56,574 bases of DNA from a virus (taxonomy: Duplodnaviria; Caudoviricetes), in the IMG/VR virus record IMGVR_UViG_3300020151_001596, positions 1-56,574 of that record; one strand, written 5' to 3'. Position numbers and translations under genes: made by a program. Positions 1 to 9,224 of the stretch are shown here, one piece after another. Numbering within the stretch: the stretch's first letter is position 1; every line of letters starts with the position of its first letter. A model generated the notes under the pieces. The model was not told where the DNA came from and ran no database searches. It was given only the letters and a program-made list of their open reading frames with translations.

Positions 1-1
1 T

Positions 2-127
2 AAACGTGAATATCATCTTCATGGAATTAAATATACTGAAGACGGATGGAAAGAAGCAAGACGTAATCGTGAAGGTTTGCCTTGGTATAAAACAGCAATG
101 GGTCAAGCAGGTCAAAATAGAAACTAA
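2..127 (+). CDS. 3' end of an upstream gene (partial, hypothetical phage protein)
   Basis: Open frame from position 2 reads KREYHLHGIKYTEDGWKEARRNREGLPWYK...QNRN and stops at TAA 125-127, one base before the next ATG at 129. Confidence 0.6.
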   Translation, partial: KREYHLHGIKYTEDGWKEARRNREGLPWYKTAMGQAGQNRN

Positions 128-128
128 T

Positions 129-659
129 ATGAAGATAGGATTATGTGGAACTATGAGTGTAGGTAAAACTACATTAGTAAATGCTTTAAAAGAATTACCT
201 GAATTTGAAGGATACAATTTTGCTACTGAGCGTTCTAAGTATTTGCGTGATTTAGGAATCCCATTAAATACTGATTCAACATTAAAAGGACAATTTGTAT
301 TTTTAGCTGAACGTTGTGCTGAGTTAATGCATGAAAATATTATTACAGATAGAACAGTAATTGATGTTATGGCATTTACTAAAGCAGCTAAGTCAATTGA
401 ATATTATGAAGCAGAAGCATTTTGTGATGCTGCTTATAAGTTAGTTGAAGAATATGACTATGTATTTTATGTTTCTCCTGAAGGTGTAGATATGGAAGAT
501 AATGGAGTTAGAACTACTGATTTAAAATATAGAGAAACTATTGATAGTATTATTAAATTAATATTATATAGGAGTAATCATAAAATTAAAAAATTGGTTG
601 AATTATCAGGTACTACTGAGGAACGTATTGCAAAAATGACAGAGACAATCTTTGGTTAA
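129..659 (+). CDS. P-loop nucleoside/nucleotide kinase-like protein (AAA_28 / NadR-type)
   Basis: MKIGLCGTMSVGKTT Walker A at the N-terminus, plus ITDRTVID and EDNGVR motifs. The true start is probably ATG 129 rather than 6. Confidence 0.75.
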   Translation: MKIGLCGTMSVGKTTLVNALKELPEFEGYNFATERSKYLRDLGIPLNTDSTLKGQFVFLAERCAELMHENIITDRTVIDVMAFTKAAKSIEYYEAEAFCDAAYKLVEEYDYVFYVSPEGVDMEDNGVRTTDLKYRETIDSIIKLILYRSNHKIKKLVELSGTTEERIAKMTETIFG

Positions 660-664
660 TATTT

Positions 665-1327
665 ATGAGTATGAAATTGTCTGAATTAAAAAAGCAAATC
701 AAAGATAACATATACGAAATTTTATCTGAAGAAAACATAGATGAAGCTACATATGTAGGAGCAGAAGCTGCTGATGATCTTCAAAAAGATCCTAAATTCG
801 CAGCTGCTAAAGATAAAACCACAGCTATTAATACTTTAAAATCTGGTGGTAGTGTTACCTTAGAAGAAGATTCAATTAAAAAATATAAAGTAGGAGATAT
901 ACTTTCTTTTAAAGATGAGGAAGAATGGAAAGTAATGAAGGTAAAAGATAATGTTGGTAAACTTGTTATTAAACCTCATAATGAAAAAGCTAAAGAAGGA
1001 AACGTTAGTTTAGAAATTGATGTTGATTTAGATTATCTTAAAAAGAATCTAAAAGAAAGTGATGATGAAGATAAAGAACCTACTAAAGCTGAACTTGAAA
1101 AAGAAAAAGTAAAAGGTGCTCCTTCTAAATTTAAAGTACCTAATGACCAATTTGAAGACTTTAAAGACAAATTAAAAACTTTAGTTAAAAAAGTAAAAGA
1201 TATGGAAAAAGGAGCTGAGCGTGATAAAAAAATGGCTGCTTTAAAACAATTTATTAAGAAACCAGAATTAATTAAAGCGTTTAAAGAAAGAGACGTTAAA
1301 ATTGATACCGGTGGATTAATTGGATAA
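665..1327 (+). CDS. Charged hypothetical protein, putative internal head protein
   Basis: K/E-rich, with repeated L/I-x-E motifs and a short KYKVGD (KOW/SH3-like) segment. The start may be 671. Confidence 0.55.
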   Translation: MSMKLSELKKQIKDNIYEILSEENIDEATYVGAEAADDLQKDPKFAAAKDKTTAINTLKSGGSVTLEEDSIKKYKVGDILSFKDEEEWKVMKVKDNVGKLVIKPHNEKAKEGNVSLEIDVDLDYLKKNLKESDDEDKEPTKAELEKEKVKGAPSKFKVPNDQFEDFKDKLKTLVKKVKDMEKGAERDKKMAALKQFIKKPELIKAFKERDVKIDTGGLIG

Positions 1328-1328
1328 T

Positions 1329-1670
1329 ATGAAAAATTTTTTATTAACATTAGTTGTGGTTGTTTTAATAGGCATTATAGTCTATGGGTTATTTAATTAC
1401 AAACAAAGCTATTCTTTAGATAAAGATAAACAATATCAAAGAACTATAGATTCTTTAGCAATTGAAATTGGAAAAAAAGATTCAACTATTTCAACTTTAG
1501 ATTCTACTAGAGCTATTTTAGATTCTTTAATTTTAGTTAATAAAAATAAATTAAAAGAAACTGCTAAAGAAGCAGCTAAATATAAACAAGAATATGAAAA
1601 AGAACGCGACCGCCTTAATAATATGTCTGATGATGATATCATCAGCACTTTCACAACAGCGTTTAAGTGA
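1329..1670 (+). CDS. N-terminally anchored membrane coiled-coil protein (i-spanin-like)
   Basis: N-terminal hydrophobic helix FLLTLVVVVLIGIIVYGLF followed by heptad-like sequence; overlaps the next ORF. Confidence 0.55.
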   Translation: MKNFLLTLVVVVLIGIIVYGLFNYKQSYSLDKDKQYQRTIDSLAIEIGKKDSTISTLDSTRAILDSLILVNKNKLKETAKEAAKYKQEYEKERDRLNNMSDDDIISTFTTAFK

Positions 1671-2001
1671 TTCAACTGTAATAGTTCCTATTAAATCCTT
1701 AAAAAATGCTTTATTAGTGAAAGCTGATAGAGATAATCTTAAAAAAGAATTAAAAGTATCTCGTGACTCTATCATTACAATGGGTACAGTAATTCATTTT
1801 CAAGACAGTGCTTTGTTTGTATGTGATACTACTAGAACTGTTTTAGAAAGTAAAATAGGAGATTTAAAAGGTACTATTAAAGCTAAAGACGGACAAATTG
1901 AAGAAAGAAATAAAAAAATATCTGATCTTGAAGGCAAACTTAAAAAAGTAGTTGTTGCTTTAGCATTAGCAAGTATAGGTTTTGTTTTAGCTATTTTATG
2001 A
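1594..2001 (+). CDS. Exported coiled-coil protein with signal peptide and C-terminal TM helix (spanin-like partner)
   Basis: Signal peptide MKKNATALIICLMMISSALS|QQ, a coiled coil, and C-terminal VVVALALASIGFVLAIL; ATGA overlap with terminase. Confidence 0.55.
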   Translation: MKKNATALIICLMMISSALSQQRLSDSTVIVPIKSLKNALLVKADRDNLKKELKVSRDSIITMGTVIHFQDSALFVCDTTRTVLESKIGDLKGTIKAKDGQIEERNKKISDLEGKLKKVVVALALASIGFVLAIL

Positions 2002-3575
2002 GTGAAAATGTAAATTTAAAAGAAGTCATAAGACAGGAGTACATTAAGTGCTTAAATGATCCTGCTCACTTTATGAGGAAATACTGTCACATTCAGCATC
2101 CTCAACGTGGTAGAGTATTATTTAATTTATATCCTTTTCAAGATAAAGTATTACATTTATTTAGAGATAACCCATACTCAATTGTATTAAAATCTCGTCA
2201 GTTAGGTATATCAACATTAGCCGCAGGTTATTCTTTATGGTTAATGTTATTCCAAAAAGACAAAAACGTACTTTGTATTGCAACTAAGCAGGAAACTGCT
2301 AAAAACATGGTTACAAAGGTTAAGTTTATGTTTGATAATTTACCTTCATGGCTTAAAATATCAGCAGATGAACATAACAAATTAACACTACGATTAAGTA
2401 ACGGATCACAAATCAAAGCCACTTCAGCATCAAGTGATGCAGGTCGATCAGAAGCAGTATCTTTGCTAATTGTCGATGAGGCCGCTTTTATTGAACAAAT
2501 TGGAGAAATATGGGCATCAGCACAACAAACATTAGCTACAGGTGGTGGAGCAATTGTACTTTCAACACCGTATGGAACTGGAAATTGGTTTCATAAAACA
2601 TGGGTTTCAGCTGAAAGTGCTGAAAATGATTTTTTACCAATTAAATTACCTTGGTTTGTTCATCCTGAACGAGATGAGGCTTGGAGAAAACGTCAAGATG
2701 AATTATTAGGAGATCCTAGATTAGCATCTCAAGAGTGTGATTGTGATTTTAGTACATCAGGAGATATTGTATTTTATAATGAATGGTTAGATTTTATTAA
2801 AGAAACAACAATACAAGAACCAGTTGAAAGAAGAGGAGCTGACCAAAATTTATGGATATGGGAACCTGCAGATTATACACGTGAGTATATGGTAGTAGCA
2901 GACGTAGCTAGAGGTGATGGTAAGGATTTCTCAACTTTTCATGTGATGGATATAGCAACTAATACTCAAGTTGCTGAATATAAAGGACAAATGTCACCTA
3001 AAGAATTTGGGTATTTTATAGTAGCTATTGCTACTGAATATAACCAAGCTCTTTTAGTAATAGAAAATGCATCTATTGGATGGGCTACTATAGAATCAGT
3101 ATTAGAAAGAGGATATAGAAACATCTATTATTCACTTAAGAGTGATACTTTAACAGTTGATTCGTATTTTAATAAGTATGAAAACAGTGATAATGTTACA
3201 CCAGGATTTACTATGTCGTTAAGAACTAGACCTTTAGTTGTAAATAAGTTCCGAGAATATGTTGGAGACAAATCAGTAACAATTCGCTCAAAAAGGTTAT
3301 TAGAAGAAATGAAAGTATTTATTTGGAAAAATGGTAGACCAGAAGCACAAATTGGTTATAATGACGACTTAGTTATGCCTTTTGGTATTGCTATGTATTT
3401 AAGAGATACATCATTAAAATTCCAACAACAATCTCATGACTTAACAAGAGCAACTTTAAATAATTTTTCAAAAGGTAACACTGGATTTTCTGGTGTATAT
3501 GGAAGTAGTGGTGTTCCTAATCCTTATTCAATCCAAACAGGTACTGGAAATGAGGACATCAGTTGGCTTTTATAA
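1998..3575 (+). CDS. terL: Terminase large subunit (T4 gp17-like)
   Basis: LYPFQ Q-motif, KSRQLGIST Walker A, LLIVDEAAF Walker B, STPYG coupling motif, nuclease motifs ADVARGDGKDFS and YNDDLVM. Confidence 0.95.
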   Translation: MSENVNLKEVIRQEYIKCLNDPAHFMRKYCHIQHPQRGRVLFNLYPFQDKVLHLFRDNPYSIVLKSRQLGISTLAAGYSLWLMLFQKDKNVLCIATKQETAKNMVTKVKFMFDNLPSWLKISADEHNKLTLRLSNGSQIKATSASSDAGRSEAVSLLIVDEAAFIEQIGEIWASAQQTLATGGGAIVLSTPYGTGNWFHKTWVSAESAENDFLPIKLPWFVHPERDEAWRKRQDELLGDPRLASQECDCDFSTSGDIVFYNEWLDFIKETTIQEPVERRGADQNLWIWEPADYTREYMVVADVARGDGKDFSTFHVMDIATNTQVAEYKGQMSPKEFGYFIVAIATEYNQALLVIENASIGWATIESVLERGYRNIYYSLKSDTLTVDSYFNKYENSDNVTPGFTMSLRTRPLVVNKFREYVGDKSVTIRSKRLLEEMKVFIWKNGRPEAQIGYNDDLVMPFGIAMYLRDTSLKFQQQSHDLTRATLNNFSKGNTGFSGVYGSSGVPNPYSIQTGTGNEDISWLL

Positions 3576-3583
3576 TATTTATA
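3575..3583 (+). promoter_or_regulatory. ATATTTATA putative late promoter (before portal)
   Basis: Recurrent intergenic motif, with 16 exact intergenic copies counted by eye. Confidence 0.65.
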
Positions 3584-3593
3584 ACAAACAATA

Positions 3594-5471
3594 ATGGCAA
3601 ACACTAATTTATTTACACGTCTTCAAAGATTATTCTCTACTGATGTTATCATCAGAAACCAAGGAGGTAATGAATTGAAAGTTTTAGACGTTGATAGTAT
3701 ACAACGCTCAGGAGATGTAGCGACAAATTCATTAATGGATAGATTTAATAGAATTTACTCTCCTGCGGCTTCATCTTTATATGGACAGCAAGTAAATATT
3801 AATTATCAATACCTAAGAACGTTTATATACTCGGATTATGATGTAATGGATAATGATGCTATTATTGCTTCAGCACTTGATATTATATCAGAAGAATCTA
3901 CCCTTAGAAATGAAATGGGTGAAGTATTACAGATTAGATCTAATGATGAGGATGTACAACAAATACTTTATAATTTATTTTATGATGTATTAAACGTTGA
4001 ATTTAACTTATGGTCTTGGATTCGCCAAATGTGTAAATATGGTGACTTTTTCCTTAAACTAGAAATTGCTGAAAAATTTGGTGTTTACAATGTTATTCCT
4101 TTTACTGCTTATCATATTGATAGACAAGAAAATTACGATAGAGAACATCCAAATGCTGTAAGATTTAAATATTCACCAGAAGGCATATATGGAGGTAGTT
4201 CAGGATACTATCCTACACCTAACTTAAATGCTCAAAGAGATGAAAAAAATATTTATTTTGAAAACTATGAGATGGCACATTTTCGTTTAATGACGGATGT
4301 TAACTATTTACCTTATGGTCGTTCATATTTAGAGCCTGCTCGTAGAATTTATAAACAGTATGCATTAATGGAAGATGCTATGTTAATTCATAGAATTTCT
4401 CGCTCACCAGATAGACGTATATTTTATATTAATGTTGGTTCTATTCCTCCAAATGAAGTAGAAAATTTCATGCAAAAAACAATTTCTACTATGAAACGTA
4501 CTCCATTAATGGATGAAAAAACAGGTGAGTATAACTTAAAGTATAACCAGCAAAATTTAATGGAAGATTATTATATTCCTGTTAGAGGTAATGATAATTC
4601 AACTAAAATTGAAAACTTAGGTGGATTAAATTATGATGGTATTGCTGATGTTGAGTACTTAAGAAATAAATTGTTTGCTGCTCTTAAAGTACCTAAAGCA
4701 TTTATGGGTTATGATGAAAATTTACAAGGTAAAGCTACATTAGCAGCAGAAGATATTCGTTTTGCTCGTACAATTGATAGATTACAACGTATTATACTTT
4801 CAGAACTATATAAAATTGCTTTAGTACATTTATATACACAAGGTTATACAGCTGATAGTTTAACTAATTTTGAATTATCATTAACTACTCCTTCTATTAT
4901 TTACGATCAAGAACGTATCGCTTTAATGAAGGAAAAAATGGATTTAGCGGCTCAAATGCTTGAAACTAAATTAGTTTCTTCTGACTGGATTTATGAAAAT
5001 GTATTCCACTTCAGCCAAGATCAATATGAGGAAATGAGAGATTTAATAGCTCAAGACCAAAAACGAGCCTTTAGATTTAAACAAATAGGTGAAGAAGGAA
5101 ATGATCCTTTAGAAACAGGCAAATCATATGGTACACCACATGACTTAGCTTCATTATACGGTAGAGGAAGATACTCAGCCAATGAGTTACCTGATGGATA
5201 TGATGAAAAAGCACCATTAGGTAGACCAAAAGAAAAAGTATCTAATATTAATACGCAAGATAACGCGTTTGGTCGTGATAGATTAGGTAGAGATGCTATG
5301 AAAAATGATGACCAAGAAGGATACGGTAGACCTAAAAAAGATGTTTCACCATTAGCTTTAGAAATTAAAGCGAAGAATAAAACATTATTAGAGTCTTTAG
5401 ATAAAAAAATTGTATTTAATAAAACTAATAGTGGAGAATCATTATTAGATGAGTCTAACTTAAAAGAATAA
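3594..5471 (+). CDS. Portal protein (T4 gp20-like)
   Basis: PYGRSYLEPARR, MEDAMLIHRISRSPDRRIFYINVG, MEDYYIPVRG, DVEYLRNKLFAALKVPK, AEDIRFARTI; follows terminase. Confidence 0.93.
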   Translation: MANTNLFTRLQRLFSTDVIIRNQGGNELKVLDVDSIQRSGDVATNSLMDRFNRIYSPAASSLYGQQVNINYQYLRTFIYSDYDVMDNDAIIASALDIISEESTLRNEMGEVLQIRSNDEDVQQILYNLFYDVLNVEFNLWSWIRQMCKYGDFFLKLEIAEKFGVYNVIPFTAYHIDRQENYDREHPNAVRFKYSPEGIYGGSSGYYPTPNLNAQRDEKNIYFENYEMAHFRLMTDVNYLPYGRSYLEPARRIYKQYALMEDAMLIHRISRSPDRRIFYINVGSIPPNEVENFMQKTISTMKRTPLMDEKTGEYNLKYNQQNLMEDYYIPVRGNDNSTKIENLGGLNYDGIADVEYLRNKLFAALKVPKAFMGYDENLQGKATLAAEDIRFARTIDRLQRIILSELYKIALVHLYTQGYTADSLTNFELSLTTPSIIYDQERIALMKEKMDLAAQMLETKLVSSDWIYENVFHFSQDQYEEMRDLIAQDQKRAFRFKQIGEEGNDPLETGKSYGTPHDLASLYGRGRYSANELPDGYDEKAPLGRPKEKVSNINTQDNAFGRDRLGRDAMKNDDQEGYGRPKKDVSPLALEIKAKNKTLLESLDKKIVFNKTNSGESLLDESNLKE

Positions 5472-5481
5472 AAATCTTTAT

Positions 5482-5490
5482 ATATTTATA
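5482..5490 (+). promoter_or_regulatory. ATATTTATA putative late promoter
   Basis: Motif copy 13 nt before ATG 5504. Confidence 0.6.
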
Positions 5491-5503
5491 ACAAAAACTA
5501 GGA

Positions 5504-6361
5504 ATGAATATTAAACATTCTAAATATAAGAATACGGGACTTTTATTTGAACTTTTGGTTAGACAAATTACCGCTGACACTTTATCCGGTAAAGATTCTA
5601 AAGCAACAGGCATATTAAAGAAATATTTTGTTAAAACAGAGTTAGGTAGAGAATATAAACTATATGAATCCTTATCTAAATACAAACATATTACTGAAGG
5701 TAAAGCCGAAACCGTAATTACTACTTTAATTGAATCTTCTAAGGATTTAAATAGAGGTGCTTTAAAAAGACAAAAATACAATCTAATTAATGAAATTCAG
5801 AAGTATTATAATTTAGAAGAGTTTTTTAAAACTAAATTACCTAATTATAAAGCCTATGCTTCATTATATACATTAATAGAAGTGTATAATAGTGAAAACT
5901 TATCTAATCCTGATCAAATTATTTCTAACAAAATTGCTTTATTGGAACATTTGTCTTCTAAACAAGTTCAAAAACAAAAAGTAGAAGATGATTTAATGAC
6001 AGAATTTCAGTCATACGATAAAGACCTTAGAATTTTAACATACAAAGTAATGTTAGAAAAATTCAATGGTAAATATGCTGATTTAAACGATAATCAAAAA
6101 TCAGTTTTAAGAGAATTTATCAACTCAGTTGATTCAACCCCAAAACTAAGAGAATTTTATAATTCTAAAATAGATGAAATTAAGTTACATTTAACTGAAT
6201 TAACTTCTAAAGTTGCAAACAAAGCTACTAAAATTAAGTTACAAGAAATAAAAAATATTATTACTCCTTTAGATAAAGTATCTAAAATTGGTAATGATGA
6301 TTTGGTTAATCTTTTACAATATTACGAATTATTAGAGGAATTAACTAAAATCCATGGGTAA
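5504..6361 (+). CDS. Hypothetical helical head-module protein
   Basis: 285 aa ORF between portal and protease, preceded by the late motif. Confidence 0.65.
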   Translation: MNIKHSKYKNTGLLFELLVRQITADTLSGKDSKATGILKKYFVKTELGREYKLYESLSKYKHITEGKAETVITTLIESSKDLNRGALKRQKYNLINEIQKYYNLEEFFKTKLPNYKAYASLYTLIEVYNSENLSNPDQIISNKIALLEHLSSKQVQKQKVEDDLMTEFQSYDKDLRILTYKVMLEKFNGKYADLNDNQKSVLREFINSVDSTPKLREFYNSKIDEIKLHLTELTSKVANKATKIKLQEIKNIITPLDKVSKIGNDDLVNLLQYYELLEELTKIHG

Positions 6362-7271
6362 TTTTAAGTATAAAATAGCAGAAGCAAAAGAAACCCTTAA
6401 TGCTACAGAAGTAGATCCTACGTTAATACAACGTGTGGAAAAAACTTATGGTCCTGTAGATATGAAATACGATTTTTTTTCTTCTGATTTAAAAACTTAT
6501 TTTAAAACCAAATCTGTAGATCCTAACACAGGAGCTGTTGATAGTCAAGTTATTAAATTAGCCAGTTTTACAGATTCATTAGAAAAACTATATAATGCTA
6601 CTAATGCCTTATCAGCTTTAGTTACATCTCCAGGAGGAAAAGATGATGCTGTAGTTGTTAAGTTATATGATGATTTAAAAACGTTATTTAATTCTTTTAG
6701 AACTCATTTACGTAAATATTATCCTGATCAATATGCTGCTATTAAAGATAAATTAGATGAAATGTCTTCTGTAGGTGGCGGTGCTGGACAAGCAGGTTTT
6801 ACTTCTGGTACAGGAGGTGAAAACTATGCTACTAAATATGCTTTTAGAAAAAAAGTAAAAGAAGATAAAGGTATTACTCCTGGACCAGGTCCAAAAGCAG
6901 GTCCTGAAGGAGTTACTAAAAACAAATATGTTACTGATTACAAATACAAATTAGTTGATAGAAAAGCATTAAATAAAGCAGCTAAAGGTATTGATGTAAA
7001 ACCATTATGGGAAGCAGATTTTGATGTTAACCAATTAGTTAAAGATCAAAATATTACTAACCCAGCAATGGTTGAATGGATTTCAAAAAGAGTTGAAGCT
7101 TTTGATACTTTAGAAAGACAACTAAATCAATTAATACCTATGCTTCAACAAGCTAAAAAAGAAACCATTAGAAAATATAGTCAAAACCCAAGTTTTGCTG
7201 TTATTTATGGTACTGACTTAGCAGCAGAATATCTGCAAGACATTATAGAATTATTTAAACAACCAGAATAA
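6354..7271 (+). CDS. Hypothetical protein, putative internal head protein
   Basis: 305 aa, with modular segments separated by IAE/LDE/VKE/LWE motifs and a Gly-rich linker. Confidence 0.6.
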   Translation: MGNFKYKIAEAKETLNATEVDPTLIQRVEKTYGPVDMKYDFFSSDLKTYFKTKSVDPNTGAVDSQVIKLASFTDSLEKLYNATNALSALVTSPGGKDDAVVVKLYDDLKTLFNSFRTHLRKYYPDQYAAIKDKLDEMSSVGGGAGQAGFTSGTGGENYATKYAFRKKVKEDKGITPGPGPKAGPEGVTKNKYVTDYKYKLVDRKALNKAAKGIDVKPLWEADFDVNQLVKDQNITNPAMVEWISKRVEAFDTLERQLNQLIPMLQQAKKETIRKYSQNPSFAVIYGTDLAAEYLQDIIELFKQPE

Positions 7272-7272
7272 T

Positions 7273-7539
7273 ATGGCAAATATACCAGTAAACGCAACCG
7301 CAATTCCTTTGATACAAGGTCAATCTATAACCGGCTCTTTTGCCGGTTTTGTTGTATGTCCTAATACATCTGCAAGTCCACAAGGAACAGTAGCTCATTT
7401 TAAAGGACTAAAAGACGCAACTAATAGAGAATTAGTAGTATCGGCATCATCATTATATTTTGTTCCTGGATATTATCCTATTTTTGTTACTAGTGCTTCA
7501 TTAGATGCTACTAGTAATAACGTATTATTCTTTACATAA
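7273..7539 (+). CDS. Small beta-rich putative virion (capsid decoration-like) protein
   Basis: 88 aa with TGS/SAS motifs shared with other structural genes. Confidence 0.5.
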   Translation: MANIPVNATAIPLIQGQSITGSFAGFVVCPNTSASPQGTVAHFKGLKDATNRELVVSASSLYFVPGYYPIFVTSASLDATSNNVLFFT

Positions 7540-7551
7540 TATTTATAACAA

Positions 7552-8415
7552 ATGGAAAAAACATTACAACAACAATATATCCTAATTAAAGAGGGTAAAG
7601 GAAATAAAGACGACTTTTTGAAAAGTGCTCGTCGTGTGTTTCCTGAATTAATAGCTCCTTTAACTGATTATAATACAGCTGTTACTATCTTAAAAAGCAG
7701 AAGTATTTTATCAGAAGAAGTAAAACATATTGAAAAGAAAAACTGGTTTAAAATCTTTGAAGCTAATGTAAAAATTGACAACAAAGAAATGGAAAAAGAA
7801 TTAGTTGATCTTGAAACTAAGAATTTTGACTACACAGATAAGAAAAACATTGATAATCTTTATGGTCAAACTTTCTTAATGGGTTACTACACTGAAATGA
7901 AAGATCCTAAAAATGAAGGTAAAACAGTTGACGAGTTAAAAGAAATTGTAGCTAAAAACATGGCTAAAGACGTTAACTACTATCATAAAGAATCTTCATT
8001 TGGTGTTAAAGGAATTGGATATACTCAACCTGAACCTTCTAAAGAGCCTAAAGGTAAACACAAATCAAGTGGATATGGTGATTTAAGTGAAGCAAAACGT
8101 CCTTCAGTATCTGATCATATTAAAGAAGTAGAAAAAAATAGTGCCACTATTGCTTTAGAAGCTAAGTTAAACGCTATTGATGAAGCTATTGAAAAACGTA
8201 AATCTAAATTAGCATTAGCTGAATCAGAAGATTTAGCAGAAATGATTGATAAATCAATGATTAAAGTTCTTAATAAAGAAATTAAAGAACTAGAAAAATA
8301 TAAAGCTAAAACCGAAAAAATATATGAAAAAATGACCGGTAAAGCTAAAGAAGAAGTTATTGATGAAGCATCAACTACAACTGAATCTGATAATTACAAT
8401 CTTAACATTAAATAA
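7552..8415 (+). CDS. Hypothetical charged protein, putative internal head protein
   Basis: K/E-rich with a C-terminal coiled coil and IKE/LSE/IFE/IDE motifs; ATATTTATA at 7539-7547 upstream. Confidence 0.6.
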   Translation: MEKTLQQQYILIKEGKGNKDDFLKSARRVFPELIAPLTDYNTAVTILKSRSILSEEVKHIEKKNWFKIFEANVKIDNKEMEKELVDLETKNFDYTDKKNIDNLYGQTFLMGYYTEMKDPKNEGKTVDELKEIVAKNMAKDVNYYHKESSFGVKGIGYTQPEPSKEPKGKHKSSGYGDLSEAKRPSVSDHIKEVEKNSATIALEAKLNAIDEAIEKRKSKLALAESEDLAEMIDKSMIKVLNKEIKELEKYKAKTEKIYEKMTGKAKEEVIDEASTTTESDNYNLNIK

Positions 8416-8417
8416 TA

Positions 8418-9023
8418 ATGAAACAGGTTTTAATTGAAACTATACCGTTTAATGTGTCTCGTACACAACTACATGAAGGTTTAAAAGCACCATCTGGTAA
8501 TCCTTTAGTTGAAGGTATTTTAGCTACTGCTGAAGTAAAAAACGGTAATGGTAGATATTATCCTAAAGAGTTATGGGAACGTGAGATTGATAAGTATAGT
8601 CAAATAGTTAAAGAAAATAGAGCAACAGGTGAATTAGATCATCCTGAATCCTCTATTATATCTTTAAAAAATGTATCTCATATTATTAGAGAATGCTGGT
8701 GGGATGGAGATAAAGTAATGGGTAAAATAGAAATTTTACCTACTGTATCTGGTAATATATTAAAAGCTCTTATTGACAATAATGTAACTGTAGGTGTATC
8801 ATCTCGTGGTATGGGTTCATTAAAAGAAATAAATGAAGGTACATTAGAAGTACAAGATGATTTTGAATTATTATGCTGGGACTTTGTATCTACTCCTTCA
8901 AATCCAGGATCATATATGCAATTAGTTAGAGAAGGTTTAGATAAATCTACAACTAATTACTCTAAAGTAAATTCTATTATCACAGAAATACTTTGTTCAC
9001 AAGGTAGCTGTCCTATATTTTAA
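8418..9023 (+). CDS. Prohead core protease (T4 gp21-like)
   Basis: KNGNGRYYP, GELDHP (catalytic His), GVSSRGMGS (catalytic Ser), DFVSTPS. Confidence 0.93.
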   Translation: MKQVLIETIPFNVSRTQLHEGLKAPSGNPLVEGILATAEVKNGNGRYYPKELWEREIDKYSQIVKENRATGELDHPESSIISLKNVSHIIRECWWDGDKVMGKIEILPTVSGNILKALIDNNVTVGVSSRGMGSLKEINEGTLEVQDDFELLCWDFVSTPSNPGSYMQLVREGLDKSTTNYSKVNSIITEILCSQGSCPIF

Positions 9024-9052
9024 CCCCTCTTGGAATAGTATTCCTTGATCGA

Positions 9053-9082
9053 CCCTCCCCTAAAAAAGGAGGGTTTCTTTTT
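9053..9082 (+). terminator. Intrinsic terminator after protease
   Basis: CCCTCC ... GGAGGG stem followed by TTTCTTTTT. Confidence 0.75.
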
Positions 9083-9224
9083 CGATTTTGAAATATTTTG
9101 ATATACGTATACCCGACAAATATGCTATTTCTATATAGCATTTAGATTTTAAATATCTATTACGCTTCGAGCAATCTATAATAAGCGTACTTCCAACAAA
9201 AATTATTTGAGGACAAACAACAAA

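Noticed and set aside
6-128. N-terminal extension of the kinase ORF from GTG at 6
   Set aside because: It overlaps the more protein-like upstream frame ending at 127, and the kinase fold begins at MKIG (129).
9032-9044. Small GGAATA/TATTCC palindrome after the protease stop
   Set aside because: It is too short, with a minimal loop, to assign a function separately from the neighbouring terminator.
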